A stretch of 34,570 nucleotides of DNA, taken from assembly GCF_004010195.1 (NCBI RefSeq), contig NW_025215205.1:1-34570 (forward strand). Reading direction: 5' to 3'. This stretch comes from Chiloscyllium plagiosum (lineage: Eukaryota). Below the pieces are notes generated by a model. It had not been told where the DNA came from. It searched no databases and worked only from the letters and a program-made list of their open reading frames with translations. This document shows, piece after piece, positions 21,756 through 34,570 of this stretch. The position numbers and the translations under genes were made by a program. Within the stretch, counting starts at the first letter, position 1. The number at the start of each line of letters is the position of its first letter.

Positions 21756-22279
21756 AAAGAAGTTGAATCTCTTGTCAAGAGGAAGAAGGTTTATGTTAGG
21801 CTGAGACATGAAGGATCAATTAGGGCGCTTGAGAGTTACAAGTTAGCCAGGAAATATCTAAAGACAGAGCTAAGAAAAGCTAGGAGCGGACATGAGAAGT
21901 CATTAGCAGGTAGGATCAGGGAAAACGCTAAGGTTTTCTATAGGTATATCAGGAATAAAAAAATGACTGGAGTAAGATTAGGGCTAATCAAGTATAGAAG
22001 TGGGAAGTTGTGCATGGAGTCCAAAGAGATAGGAGAAGCGCTAAATAAATATTTTTCCTCCGTATTCACACAGGAAAAAGAAAATGTTGTTGAGGAGCAG
22101 ACTGAGATATAGGCTACTGGACTAGACAGGATTGAGTTTAACAAGGAGGAAGTGTTAGCAATTCTGGAAATGTGAAAATAGCTAAATTCCCTGGGCTGGA
22201 AGGGATTTATCCTAGAATTCTCTGGGAAACTAGGGAGGAGATTGCAGAGCCTTTAGCTGTGATTTTTATGTCGTCATTG

Positions 22280-23425
22280 TCTAACACCATGGGTCCTTAT
22301 CTTACTCAGTAGCCTCCTGTGTGGCACCTTGTCGAAAGCATTCTTGAAGTCTATGCAGATAACATCCATTGGCTCTCCTTGGTCGAACCTGCTTGTTACT
22401 TCCTCAAAGAATTCTAGCAGATTTGTCAGACATGACCTCCCCTTGATGAAACCATGCTGACTTTGCCGTATTTTACCATGCCCTTCTAAATATTCAGAAA
22501 TCTCATCCTTCGCAATGGATTTCAGGATCTTATCCACGACCGAGGTTGGGCTAATCAGCCTGTAATTTTCCATCTTTTGCCTTAACACCTTTTTAAAACA
22601 GGGATGTCATGTTAGCGATTTTCCAGTCTTCTGGGACCCCGATTCCTGAAAGATCACCACTAATGGCTCTGCTATCCCTTCAGCTATTTCCCTAGAACGT
22701 GTTGGGCTAATCAGCCTGTAATTTTTCATCTTTTGCCTTAACTCCATTTTAAAACAGGGATGTCATGTTAGTGATTTTCCAGTCTTCTGGGACCCCGATT
22801 CCTGAAAGATCACCACTAATCGCTCTGCTATCCCTTCAGCTATTTCCCTAGAACGTTGGGGTGTAGTCCCTCTGGTCCAGGTGATTTAACCACCTTCAGG
22901 CCGTTCAGTTTTTCTAGCACCACCTCCTTGGTGAAGGCCACCATACACAGTTCTGCCCCCTCACTCTCTTGAATTTTTGGAATATTACTTGTGTCTTTCA
23001 TTGTGAAGACTGAGGAAAGTAGTTATTTAGTTCCTCAGCCATTTCCTTGTTCCCCACTGCCATCTCTCCAGCGTCATTTTCTAGTAGTCCAATGTCCATT
23101 TTTGCCTCTCCTTTGCCCATTATATATCTATAGTAACTCTTACAGTCTTCCTTGAAATTAATGGCTAGCTTACCCACCTATTTAATCTTCTCCCTCCATA
23201 ATTCTTTTTTAGTTGCCCTCTGTTGGTCTTTGTTAAGCCCCCTCCCAACAATCCTCTGGTTTCCCCTTGCCCTTCACCACATTATATGTTTGCCCTTTCA
23301 CTTTTATGCTGTCCTTGACTTTCCTGGTCAGCCATGGTTGCCTCATCCTCCCTTTACCATGCTGCATTTTCCTCGGAATGAATCCCTGCTGTGTCTCCTG
23401 AATTCCTCCCAGAAACTCCCGCCAT
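22280..23425 (-). mobile_element. CR1 LINE ORF2 fragment, different subfamily, with internal 156-bp tandem duplication
   Basis: NYRLISPTSVV...SQHGFIKGRSCLTNLLEFFEEVT...DFKNAFDKVPHRRLL on the minus strand. Confidence 0.92.
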
Positions 23426-23429
23426 TGCT

Positions 23430-26400
23430 CTCTCTTGTCTGTCTTGTCTCTGTGTCATTCTCGGTGACTCTCTGTGTTGTTTGTGTCATTGCCTGTGTAT
23501 CTGTCTGTGTGGCTTCCTGTGTTTATCGGTGTCACGCTCGGTGTCACGTTCAGTGTCACGCTCGGTGTCACACCCAGTGTCTCTCAGTGTCACTCTCTGT
23601 GTCACTCTCTGTGTCACATTCTGTGTTGCCCTGTGTCACACTCGGTGTCTCTCTGTGTCACACTCGGTGTCTCTCTGTGTCACTCTGTGTCACACTCTGT
23701 CTCGCTCTCTGTGTCGCTCTCTGTGTCGCTCACAGTGTCACACTCAGTGTCACTCTGTGTCACTCTCGCTGTCACTCGGTGTCACACTCGGTGTCACACT
23801 CGGTGTCGCTCTCTGTGTCTCCCTGTGTCACACGTGTCTCTCGGTGTCACACTTGGTGTCACACTTGGTGTCTCTTTCGGTGTCACGCTCAGTCTCTCTG
23901 TGTCTCTCTGTGTCACACTCTGTGTCACCCTCTGTGTCGCACGGTGTCACTCTGTGTCACCCTTGCTGTCGCTCTGTGTCACACTCGGTGTGTCATCTTC
24001 GGTGTGTCACCCTCGGTGTGTCACCCTCAGGGTGTCACGCTCTTTGTCGCTCTGTGTCACCCTCGGTGTCACTCTCTGTGTCACACTCTGTGTCTCCCGG
24101 TGTCATTCTCTGTCACACTCGGTGTTGCTCTGTGTCACCCTTGGTGTCACACTCTGTGTCACACCCTGAGTCGCACACTGTGTCGCAGTCGGTGTCACTC
24201 TTGGTGTCGCTGTGTGTCACTCCCGGTGTCACTCCCGGTGTCACTCCCTGTGTCACTCTCTGTGTCACACTCTGTCACACTCTGTGTCACACTCTGTGTC
24301 ACATCCTGTGACACACCCTGTATCGCACCCGGTGTCACACCCACTGTCACACTCGGTGTAACACTCGGCGTCACTCTCGGTGTCACATTCTGTGTCACAC
24401 TCTGTGCCTCCGTGTGTCACACTCGGTGTCACACTTGGTGTCACTCTGTGTCACCCTTGGTGTCGCTATGTGTCACACTTGGTGTCACACTCTGTGTCAC
24501 ACTCCGTGTCACACTCTGTGTCTCCCTGTGTCACACTCGGTGTCACCCTCTGTGTCTTCCTGTGTCACACTCAGTGTCACTCTCTGTGTCACTGTGTCAC
24601 TCTCGGTGTCACTCTCGGTGTCACTCTTTGTCACCCTAGGTGTCGCTCTGTGTCACACTCTGTGTCACCCTGTGTCACACTCGGTGTCGCGCTCTGTGTC
24701 GCGCTCTGTGTCACTCTGTGTCACCCTTGGTGTCGCTCTGTGTCACCATCGGTGTCACTCTCTGTGTCTCCCTGTGTCACACCCGGTGTCATCCTTGGTG
24801 TCACATTCGGTGTCACTCTCGGTGTCACTCTTGGTGTCACACTCTGTGTCTCCCTGTGTCAAACTCGGTGTCACACTGGGTGTCACACCCGGTGTCACAC
24901 TCGGTGTCACTCTCGGTGTCACTCTTGGTGTCACACGCTGTGTCTCCCTGTGTCACACTCGGTGTCACTCTGTGTCACCCTTGCTGTCTCTCTGTATCTC
25001 TCTCTGTGTCACTTTCGGTGTCGCACTCTGTGTCACCCTGTGTCACACTCGGTGTCACTCTCTGTATCACTCTGTGTCGCCCTGTGTCACTCTCTGTGTC
25101 ACATTCGGTGTCTCTCTGTGTCACTCTCTGTGTCACACTCGGTGTCACACTCGGTGTCGCTCTGTGTCACATTTGGTGTCTCTCTGTGTCACACTCGGTG
25201 TCTCTCTGTGTCAGTCTCTGTGTCGCCCTGTGTCACACTCGGTGTCTCCCGGTGTCACTCTCTGTGTCACACTCGGTGTTACTCTGTGTCACCCTTGGTG
25301 TCACACTCGGTGTCGCACCCTGAGTCGCACCCTGTGTCGCAGTCGGTGTCACTCTTGGTGTCGCTGTGTGTCACTCCCGGTGTCACTCCCTGTGTCACTC
25401 TCTGTGTCACACTCTGTCACACTCTGTGCCACACTCTGTGTCACACCCTGTGTCGCACCCGGTGTCGCACCCGGTGTCACACCCGCTGTCACACTCGGTG
25501 TCACATTCTGTGTCACACTCGGCATCACTCTCGGTGTCACACTCTGTGTCACACTCTGTGTCTCCCTGTGTCACACTCGGTGTCACACTTGGTGTCACTC
25601 TGTGTCACCCTTGATGTCGCTGTGTGCCACACTTGGTGTCACTCTCTGTGTCACACTCTGTCACACTCTGTGTCACACTCTGTGTCACCCTCTGTGTCTC
25701 CCTGTGTCACACTCGGTGTCACTGTCTGTGTCGCTCTCTGTGTCACACTCTGTGTCACACTTGTCGCACCCTGTGTCGCACCCGGTGTCACACTCGGTGT
25801 CGCTGTGTGTCACACTCGGTGTCACTCTCTGTGTCACACTCTGTGTCACACTCTGTGTCTCCCTTTGTCACAGTCGGTGTCACACTTGGTGTCACTCTGT
25901 GTCACACTTGGTGTCGCTCTATGTCACACTCGGTGTCTCTCTGTGTCACACTCTCTATCTCTCTGTGTCACTCTCTGTGTCACACACTGTGTCGCTCTCT
26001 GTGTGTGTACCTGTGTCACACTCGGTGTCACACTCAGTGTCACTCTGTGTCACCCTTGGTGTCGCTCTGTGTCACTCTCTGTGTCGCTCTCTGTGTCGCT
26101 CTGTGTTACACTCGGTGTCGCTCCCGGTGTCACACCTGGTGTCACACTCGGTGTCACTCTGTGTCACCCTTGGTGTCGCTGTGTGTCACCCTCGGTGTCA
26201 CCCTCGGTGTCGCTCTGTGTCACCCTCGGTGCGTCACCCTTGTCGCTGTGTGTCACTCTCTGTGTCACTCTCTGTGTGTCTCCCTGTGTCACACTCTGTG
26301 TCACACTCAGTGTCGCTGTGTGTCGCTCTCTGTGTCGCTGTCTGTGTCACTCTGTGTCGCTCTCAGTGTCGCTGTGTGTCACACTCGGTGTCTCTCGGTG

Positions 26401-29400
26401 TCACACTCGGTGTCACTCTGTGTCACCTATGGTGTCGCTGTGTGCACCCTCGGTGTCACACTGTCACGCTCTGTGTCACTCAGTGTCACCCTTGGTGTTG
26501 CTCTGTGTCACACTCGGTGTCACACTCGGTGTCACCCTCGGTGTGTCAACCTCGGTGCCACTCTCTGTGTCACTCTCTGTGTCTCCCTGTGTCACTCAGT
26601 GTCACACTCAGTGTCACACTCGGTGTCACACACTGTGTGTCTCTGTGTCGCTCTGTCTGTGTCACTCTCTGTGTCATTCTCTGTGTCATTCTCTGTGTCA
26701 CTCTCTGTATCACTCTGTGTCACCCTTGGTGTCTCTGTTTCAAACTCGGTGTCACACTCTGTGTGTCACTCTGTGTCACACCCTGTGTCACACCCTGTGT
26801 CACACCCAGTGTCACACCCGCTGTCACACTCGGTGTCACACTTGGTGTCAGTCTGTGTCACCCTTGGTGTCGCTGTGTGTCACACTTGGTGTCACTCTCT
26901 GTGTCACACTCTGTGTCACACTCNNNNNNNNNNNNNNNNNNNNNNNNNNNNNNNNNNNNNNNNNNNNNNNNNNNNNNNNNNNNNNNNNNNNNNNNNNNNN
27001 NNNNNNNNNNNNNNNNNNNNNNNNNNNNNNNNNNNNNNNNNNNNNNNNNNNNNNNNNNNNNNNNNNNNNNNNNNNNNNNNNNNNNNNNNNNNNNNNNNNN
27101 NNNNNNNNNNNNNNNNNNNNNNNNNNNNNNNNNNNNNNNNNNNNNNNNNNNNNNNNNNNNNNNNNNNNNNNNNNNNNNNNNNNNNNNNNNNNNNNNNNNN
27201 NNNNNNNNNNNNNNNNNNNNNNNNNNNNNNNNNNNNNNNNNNNNNNNNNNNNNNNNNNNNNNNNNNNNNNNNNNNNNNNNNNNNNNNNNNNNNNNNNNNN
27301 NNNNNNNNNNNNNNNNNNNNNNNNNNNNNNNNNNNNNNNNNNNNNNNNNNNNNNNNNNNNNNNNNNNNNNNNNNNNNNNNNNNNNNGGTGTCACTCTGTG
27401 TCACACTTGGTGTCGCTCTGTGTCACCCTCGGTGTCACCCTCGGTGTCACTCTCTGTGTCACTCTGTGTCACCCTTGGTGTCGCTCGGTGTCACACCCGG
27501 CGTCACACTCAGTGTAACACACGGTGTCTCTCTGTGTCGCCCTGTGTCACTCTCTGTGTCACACTCAGTGTCTCTCTGTGTCACTCTCTGTGTCACGCTC
27601 TGTGTCACATTTGATGTCATACTCGGTGTCATTCTCGGTGTAACACTTGGTGTCACTCTCTGTGTCACACTCTGTGTCACCATTGGTGTCGCTCTGTGTC
27701 ACTCTCGGTGTGTCACCCTCAGTGTGTCACCCTCTGTGCCACTCTCTGTGCCACTCTCTGTGTCTCCCTGTGTCACTCGGTGTCACTCTCAGTGTCACTC
27801 TCGGTGTCACACTCTGTGTCTCTCGGTGTCACTCTTGGTGTCACACTCTGTGTCTCTCTCTGTGTCTCCCTGTGTCACACTCGGTGTCACACCCGGTGTC
27901 ACCCTCGGTGTCACACTCTGTGTCTCTCTCTGTGTCTCCCTGTGTCACTCGGTGTCACACTCGGTGTCACACTCGGTGTCACACACTGTGTCGCTCTCTC
28001 TCTGTGTCGCTCTGTCTCTCTGTGTCACTCTCTGTGTCGCTCTCTGTGTCACTCTCGGTGTCACTCTCTGTGTCACTCTCTGTGTCGCTCTCTGTGTCAC
28101 CCTCGGTGTCTCTCTGTGTCACTCTCTGTGTCACTCTGTGTCTCTCTGTGTCACACTCGGTGTCACTCTGTGTCACCCTTGGTGTCTCTCTGTGTCACTC
28201 TCTGTGTCACTGTCTGTGTCACTCTGTGCCTCTCTGAGTCACACTCGGTGTCACTCTGTGTCACCCTTGGGGTCGTTCTGTGTCACACTCGGTGTCACAC
28301 TCGGTGTCACTCTGTGTGTCACTCTGTGTGTCACTCTGTGTCACACTCGGTATCACACTGTGTCACTCTGTGTCACTCTCAGTGTCACCCTTGGTGTCAC
28401 ACTCAGTGTCACACACTGTCTCCCTGTGTCACACTCGGTGTCACACTCGTGTCATTCTGTTTCACCCTTGGTGACCCACTGTGTCACCCTCTGTGACACT
28501 CTTTGTGACACTCTCTGTGTCACTCTGTGTGTCACCCTGTGTCACACTCGGTGTCACTCTGTGTCACCCTTGGTGTCGCTCGGTGTCACTCTCGATGTCA
28601 CACTTGGTGTCACTCTCTGTGTCACTCTCTGTGTCACCCTTGGTGTCGCTCTGTGTCACTCTCGGTGTGTCACCCTCGGTGCCACTCTCTGTGTCACTCT
28701 CTGTGTCTCCCTGTGTCACTCGGTGTCACTCTCGGTGTCACACTCTGTGTCTCTCAGTGTCACTCTCAGTGTCACACTCTGTGTCTCTCGGTGTCACTCT
28801 CTGTGTCTCTCTGTGTCACTCGGTGTCACACTCTGTGTCACACTCGGCATCACTCTCGGTGTCACACTCTGTGTCACACTCTGTGTCTCCCTGTGTCACA
28901 CTCGGTGTCACACTTGGTGTCACTCTGTGTCACCCTTGATGTCGCTGTGTGCCACACTTGGTGTCACTCTCTGTGTCACACTCTGTCACACTCTGTGTCA
29001 CACTCTGTGTCACCCTCTGTGTCTCCCTGTGTCACATTCGGTGTCACTGTCTGTGTCACTCTCTGTGTCACACTCTGTGTCGCACCCTGTGTCGCACCCG
29101 GTGTCACACTCGGTGTCGCTGTGTGTCACACCCGGTGTCACTCTCTGTGTCACACTCTGTGTCACACTCTGTGTCACCCTCTGTGTCTCCCTGTGTCACA
29201 TTCGGTGTCACTGTCTGTGTCACTCTCTGTGTCACACTCTGTGTCTCCCTTTTTCACAGTCGGTGTCACACTTGGTGTCACTCTGTGTCACACTTGGTGT
29301 CGCTCTATGTCACACTCGGTGTCTCTCTGTGTCACACTCTCTATCTCTCTGTGTCACTCTCTGTGTCACACACTGTGTCGCTCTGTGTGTGTGTACCTGT

Positions 29401-32400
29401 GTCACACTTGGTGTCACACTCGGTGTCACTCTGTGTCACCCTTGTTGTCGCTGTGTGTCACCCTCGGTGTCACCCTCGGTGTCGCTCCGTGTCACCCTCG
29501 GTGCGTCACCTTGTCGCTGTGTGTCACTCTCTGTGTCACTCTCTGTGTGTCTCCCTGTGTCACACTCTGTGTCACACTCTGTGTCACACTCAGTGTCGCT
29601 GTGTGTCGCTCTGTGTCGCTGTCTGTGTCACTCTGTGTCGCTCTCAGTGTCGCTCTCAGTGTCGCTGTGCGTCACACTAGGTGTCTCTCGGTGTCACTCT
29701 CGGTGTCACACTCTGTGTCACACTCGGTGTCACTCTGTGTCACCCTTGGTGTCGCTGTGTGTCACCCTCGGTGTGTCACCCTCGGTGTCACACTGTCACG
29801 CTCTGTGTCACGCTCTGTGTCACGCTCGGTGTCACTCTGTGTCACCCTTGGTGTCGCTCTGTGTCACCCTTGGGGTCACACGGTGTCACACTCGGTGTCA
29901 CACTCGGTGTCACACTCGGTGTCACTCTGTGTGTCACTCTCTGTGTCACTCTGTGTGTCACTCTGTGTCACACTCGGTGTCTCTCTGTGTCGCTCTCTGT
30001 GTCACTCTCTGTGTCACTCTGTGTCTCTCTGTGTCACACTCGGTGTCACTCTGTGTCACCCTTGGTGTCGCTCCGTGTCACACTCGGTGTCTCTCTGTGT
30101 CACTCTCTGTGTCACTCTCTGTGTCACACTCGGTGTCACTCTGTGTCACCCTTGGGGTCACTTGGTGTCACACTTGGTGTCACTTTGTGTGTCACTCTGT
30201 GTGTCACTCTTGTGTCACTCTGTGTGTCACTCAGTGTCACACTCGGTGTCACTCTGTGTCACACTTGGTGTCGCTCTGTGTCACCCTCGGTGTCACCCTC
30301 GGTGTCGCTCTCTGTGTCACTCTCTGTGTCACATTTGGTGTCACTCTGTGTCACCCTTGGGGTCACTCGGTGTCACACTCGGTGTCACACTCGGTGTCAC
30401 ACTTGGTGTCACTTTGTGTGTCACTCTGTGTGTCACTCTGTGTCACACTCGGTGTCACTCTGTGTCACACTTGGTGTCACTCTGTGTCACCCTTGGTGTC
30501 GCTCGGTGTCACACCTGGCGTCACACTCAGTGTCACACGCGGTGTCTCTATGTGTCGCCCTGTGTCACTCTCTGTGTCACACTCAGTGTCTCTCTGTGTC
30601 ACTCTCTGTGTCACATTTGGTGTCACACTCGGTGTCACACTCGGTGTCACTCTTGGTGTAACACTTGGTGTCACTCTCTGTGTCACACTCTGTGTCACCA
30701 TTGGTGTCGCTCTGTGTCACTCTCGGTGTGTCACCCTCGGTGTGTCACCCTTGGTGCCACTCTCTGTGTCACTCTCTGTGTCTCCCTGTGTCACTCGGTG
30801 TCACACACGGTGTCACTCTCGGTGTCACACTCTGTGTCTCTCGGTGTCACTCTCGGTGTCACACTCTGTGTCTCCCTGTGTCACTCGGTGTCACACACGG
30901 TGTCACTCTCGGTGTCACACCCTGTGTCTCTCGGTGTCACTCTCGGTGTCACACTCTGTGTCTCTCAGTGTCACTCTCTGTGTCTCCCTGTGTCACTCGG
31001 TGTCACACTCGGTGTCACACTCCGTGTCACTCTCGGTGTCACACTCGGTGTCACACACTGTGTCGCTCTCTCTCTGTGTCGCTCTGTCTCTCTGTGTCAC
31101 TCTCTGTGTCGCTCTCTGTGTCGCCCTCGGTGTCTCTCTGTGTCACTCTCTGTGTCACTCTGTGTCTCTCTGTGTCACACTCGGTGTCACTCTGTGTCAC
31201 CCTTGGTGTCTCTCTGTGTCACTCTCTGTGTCACTCTGTGTGTCACTCTGTGTCTCTCTGAGTCACACTCGGTGTCACTCTGTGTCACCCTTCTCTCTGT
31301 GTCACACTCTGTGTCACACTCTGTGTCTCCCTGTGTCACACTCGGTGTCACTCTCTGGGTCACTCTCGGTGTCACTCTCGGTGTCACTCTCGGTGTCACA
31401 CTCAGTGTCACTCTGTGTCACCCTTGGTGTCGCTCTGTGTCACACTCTGTGTCGCCCTGTGTGACGCTCGGTGTCACACTCGGTGTCACTCTGTGTGTCA
31501 CTCTGTGTCACACTCGGTATCACACTGTGTCACTCTGTGTCACTCTCAGTGTCACCCTTGGTGTCACACTAGGTGTCACACTCTGTGTCTCCCTGTGTCA
31601 CACTCGGTGTCACACTCGTGTCATTCTGTTTCACCCTTGGTGTCCCACTGTGTCACCCTGTGTGACACTCTTTGTGACACTCTCTGTGTCACTCTGTGTC
31701 TCTCTGTGTCACACTCGGTGTCACTCTGTGTCACCCTTGGTGTCGCTCGGTGTCACACTCAGTGTCACTCTCGGTGTCACACTTGGTGTCACTCTCTGTG
31801 TCACTCTCGGTGTCACCCTTGGTGTCGCTCTGTGTCACTCTCAGTGTGTCACACTCGGTGTGTCACCCTCGGTGCCACTCTCTAAGTCTCCCTGTGTCAC
31901 ACTCGGTGTCTCACTCTGTGTCTCTCAGTGTCAATCTCTGTGTCTCCCTGTGTCACACTCGGTGTCACCCTCAGTGTGTCACCCTCGGTGCCACTCTCTG
32001 TGTCACTCTCTGTGTCTCCCTGTGTCACTAGGTGTCACATTCTGTGTCACTCTCGGTGTCACACTCTGTGTCTCTTGGTGTCACTCTTGGTATCACACTC
32101 TGTGTCTCCCTGTGTCACACTCGGTATCACACTCGGTGTCACCCTCGGTGTGTCACCCTCGGTGTCACACTCTTTGTCTCTCGGTGTCACTCTCTGTGTC
32201 TCCCTGTGTCATTCGGTGTCACACTCGGTGTCACTCTCGGTGTCACTCTCGGTGTCACACTCGGTGTCACACACTGTGTCGCTCTGTCTCTCTGTGTCGC
32301 TCTGTCTCTCTGTGTCACTCTCTGTCACTCTCTGTGTCACACTCGGTGTCTCTCTGTGTCACTCTCAGTGTCACTCTCTGTGTCACTCTGTCTCTGTGTC

Positions 32401-34530
32401 ACACTCGGTGTCACTCTGTGTCACCCTTGGTGTCTCTCTGTGACACTGTCTGTGTCACTCTGTGTCTCTCTGTGTCACACTTGGTGCCGCACTTGGTGTC
32501 ACTCTGTGTGTCACTCTGTGTGTCACTCTGTGTCACGCTCGGTGTCACACTCTGTGTCTCCCTGTGTCACACTCGGTGTCACACTCGTGTCATTCTGTTT
32601 CACCCTTGGTGTCCCACTGTGTCACCCTCTGTGACACTCTTTGTGACACTCTCTGTGTCACTCTCGGTGTCACCCTGTGTCACACTCGGTGTCACTCTGT
32701 GTCACCCTTGGTGTCACTCGGTGTCACTCTCGGAGTCACGCTCTGTGTCACCCTCGGTGTGTCACCCTCGGTGTCACTCTCTGTGTCACTCTCTGTGACA
32801 CACTCGGCGTCTCACTCTGTGTCTCCCTGTGTCACACTCGGTGTCACACTCGATGCCACACTCGGTGTCACACCCGGTGTTGCACCCTGAGTCGCACCCT
32901 GTGTCGCAGTCGGTGTCACTCTTGGTGTCGCTGTGAGTCTCTCCCTGTGTCACTCTCTGTGTCACACTCTGTCACACACTTTGTGTCACACTCTGTGTCA
33001 CATCCTGTGTCACACCCGGTGTCACACTCGGTGTCACACTCGGCGTCACGCTCGGCGTCACACTCGGTGTCTCTCTGTGTCACATTCGGTGTCTCTCTGT
33101 GTCGCCCTGTGTCACACTCGGTGTCACACTCGGTGTCACACACGGTGTCTCTCTGTGTCACACTCTGTGTCTCCCTGTGTAACATCGGTGTCTCTCTGTG
33201 TCACCCTCTGTGTGTCACCCTCAGTGTCACACTCTGTGTCTCCCTGTGTCACTCACTGTGTCGCTCTCTGTGTCGCTCTCGGTGTCACACTAGGTGTCTC
33301 TCTGTATCACTCTCTGTGTCACTCTCTGTGTCACTCTGTGTCACGCTCTGTGTCATACTCGGTGTCACTCTGTGTCACCCTTGGTGTCTCTCTGTTTCAA
33401 ACTCGGTGTCACTCTGTATGTCACTCTGTGTGTCACTCTGTGTCACACTCTGTGTCACACCCTGTGTCACACCCGGTGTCGCACCCGCTGTCACACTCGG
33501 TGTCACACTTGGTGTCAGTCTGTGTCACCCTTGGTGTCGCTGTGTGTCACACTTGGTGTCACTCTCTGTGTCACACTCTGTGTCTCCCTGTGTCACGCTC
33601 GGTGTCACTCTCTGGGTCACTCTCTGTGTCACTCTCGGTGTCACTCTCGGTGTCACACTCAGTGTCACTCTGTGTCACCCTTGCTGTCTCTCTGTGTCAC
33701 ACTCGGTGTCACTCTCGGTGTCACACTCGGTTTCACACACGGTGTCTCTCTGTGTCACTCTCGGTGTCACACTCAGTGTCACTCTGTGTCACCCTTGCTG
33801 TCTCTCTGTGTCACACTCGGTGTCACTCTCGGTGTCACACTCGGTTTCACACACGGTGTCTCTCTGTGTCGCTCTCTGTGTCACTCTCTGTGCCACACTT
33901 GGTGTCGCTCTGTGTCACTCTCGGTGTGTCACCCTCGGTGTGTCACACTTGGTGCCACTCTCTGTGTCACTCTCTGTGTCTCCCTGTGTCACTCGGCGTC
34001 ACACTCGGTGTCACACTCGGTGTCACTCTCGGTGTCACACTCTGTGTCTCTCGGTGTCACTCTCGGTGTCACACTCTGTGTCCCCCGTGTCACACTCGGT
34101 GTCACTCTCTGTGTCTCCCTGTGTCACTCGGTGTCACACCCGGTGTCACCCTCGGTGTGTCACACTCGGTGTCACACACTGTGTCGCTCGGTCTCTCTGT
34201 GTCACTCACTGTGTCGCTCTTTGTGTCGCTCTCGGTGTCACTCTCTGTGTCACTCTCTGTGTCGCTCTCGGTGTCACACTCGGTGTCACACTCGGTATCA
34301 CTCTCTGTGTCACTCTCTGTGTCTCTCTGTGTCACACTCGGTGTCACTCTGTGTCACCCTTGGTGTCTCTGTTTCAAACTCGGTGTCACACTCTGTGTGT
34401 CACTCTGTGTCACACCCTGTGTCACACCCTGTGTCACACCCAGTGTCACACCCGCTGTCACACTCGGTGTCACACTTGGTGTCAGTCTGTGTCACCCTTG
34501 GTGTCGCTGTGTGTCACACTTGTTGTCATC
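23430..34530. repeat. ~11-kb satellite of 10-12-bp variant monomers (GGTGTCACACTC / TGTGTCACTCTC / TGTGTCACCCTT) with kb-scale higher-order duplication
   Basis: Continuous TGTC(A/G/T)C periodicity. Rare variants recur at multi-kb spacing. Confidence 0.97.
26924..27386. other. Assembly gap, 463 N
   Basis: Run of N inside the satellite. Confidence 1.
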
Positions 34531-34570
34531 CTTTTGTTCCCCCTCTTTGTCCCCCTCTTTGTCCCCCTGT

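Larger units (their letters stand above)
20567..22283 (+). mobile_element. CR1 LINE ORF2 5' part (APE endonuclease and tether), with two nested insertions
   Basis: LLGVFYRP, DFNFPNIDW, PTRGEATLDLVLGN, GDSDHN, FYRYIRNK and LNKYFSSVFT motifs. Confidence 0.95.

Noticed and set aside
17913..23425. Active autonomous retrotransposon or novel RT system
   Set aside because: It consists of multiple truncated, frameshifted CR1 fragments in both orientations, with no intact ORF2.
23152..34347. ORFs of 1000-1900 aa rich in Cys/His/Ser/Val
   Set aside because: The satellite lacks stop codons in all three + frames, the ORFs run through an N gap, and there is no coding signature.

Overview
This is vertebrate genomic DNA, almost certainly from a shark or other elasmobranch, judged by HE1-type SINEs and CR1 LINEs with (TTCTATG)n/(AATCT)n tails. 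It lies inside a + strand voltage-gated calcium channel Cav2 alpha-1 gene. The gene is CACNA1E/Cav2.3-like and, from recall, closest to the ray 'doe-1' channel. Five consecutive coding exons splice in frame: 6085-6202, 9711-9778, 10898-10995, 12663-13235 and 15043-15350. They encode the domain II pore loop, IIS6 and most of the II-III cytoplasmic loop. The intron 6203-9710 is a minor-spliceosome (U12, GT-AG) intron. The rest is intronic repeat DNA: a 5.2-kb 30-bp minisatellite, 36-bp and 69-bp tandem repeats, nested CR1 LINEs and SINEs, a short Penelope-type insert carrying a minimal hammerhead ribozyme motif, and an ~11-kb TGTCAC-based satellite with a 463-N gap. All long ORFs in the satellites are repeat artefacts. 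No prokaryotic system or CRISPR array is present, and I cannot support a wholly new biological system here. The best leads are the hammerhead insert, the U12 intron, inverted SINEs around a frame-preserving exon, and the identity of the doe-1-like paralogue.
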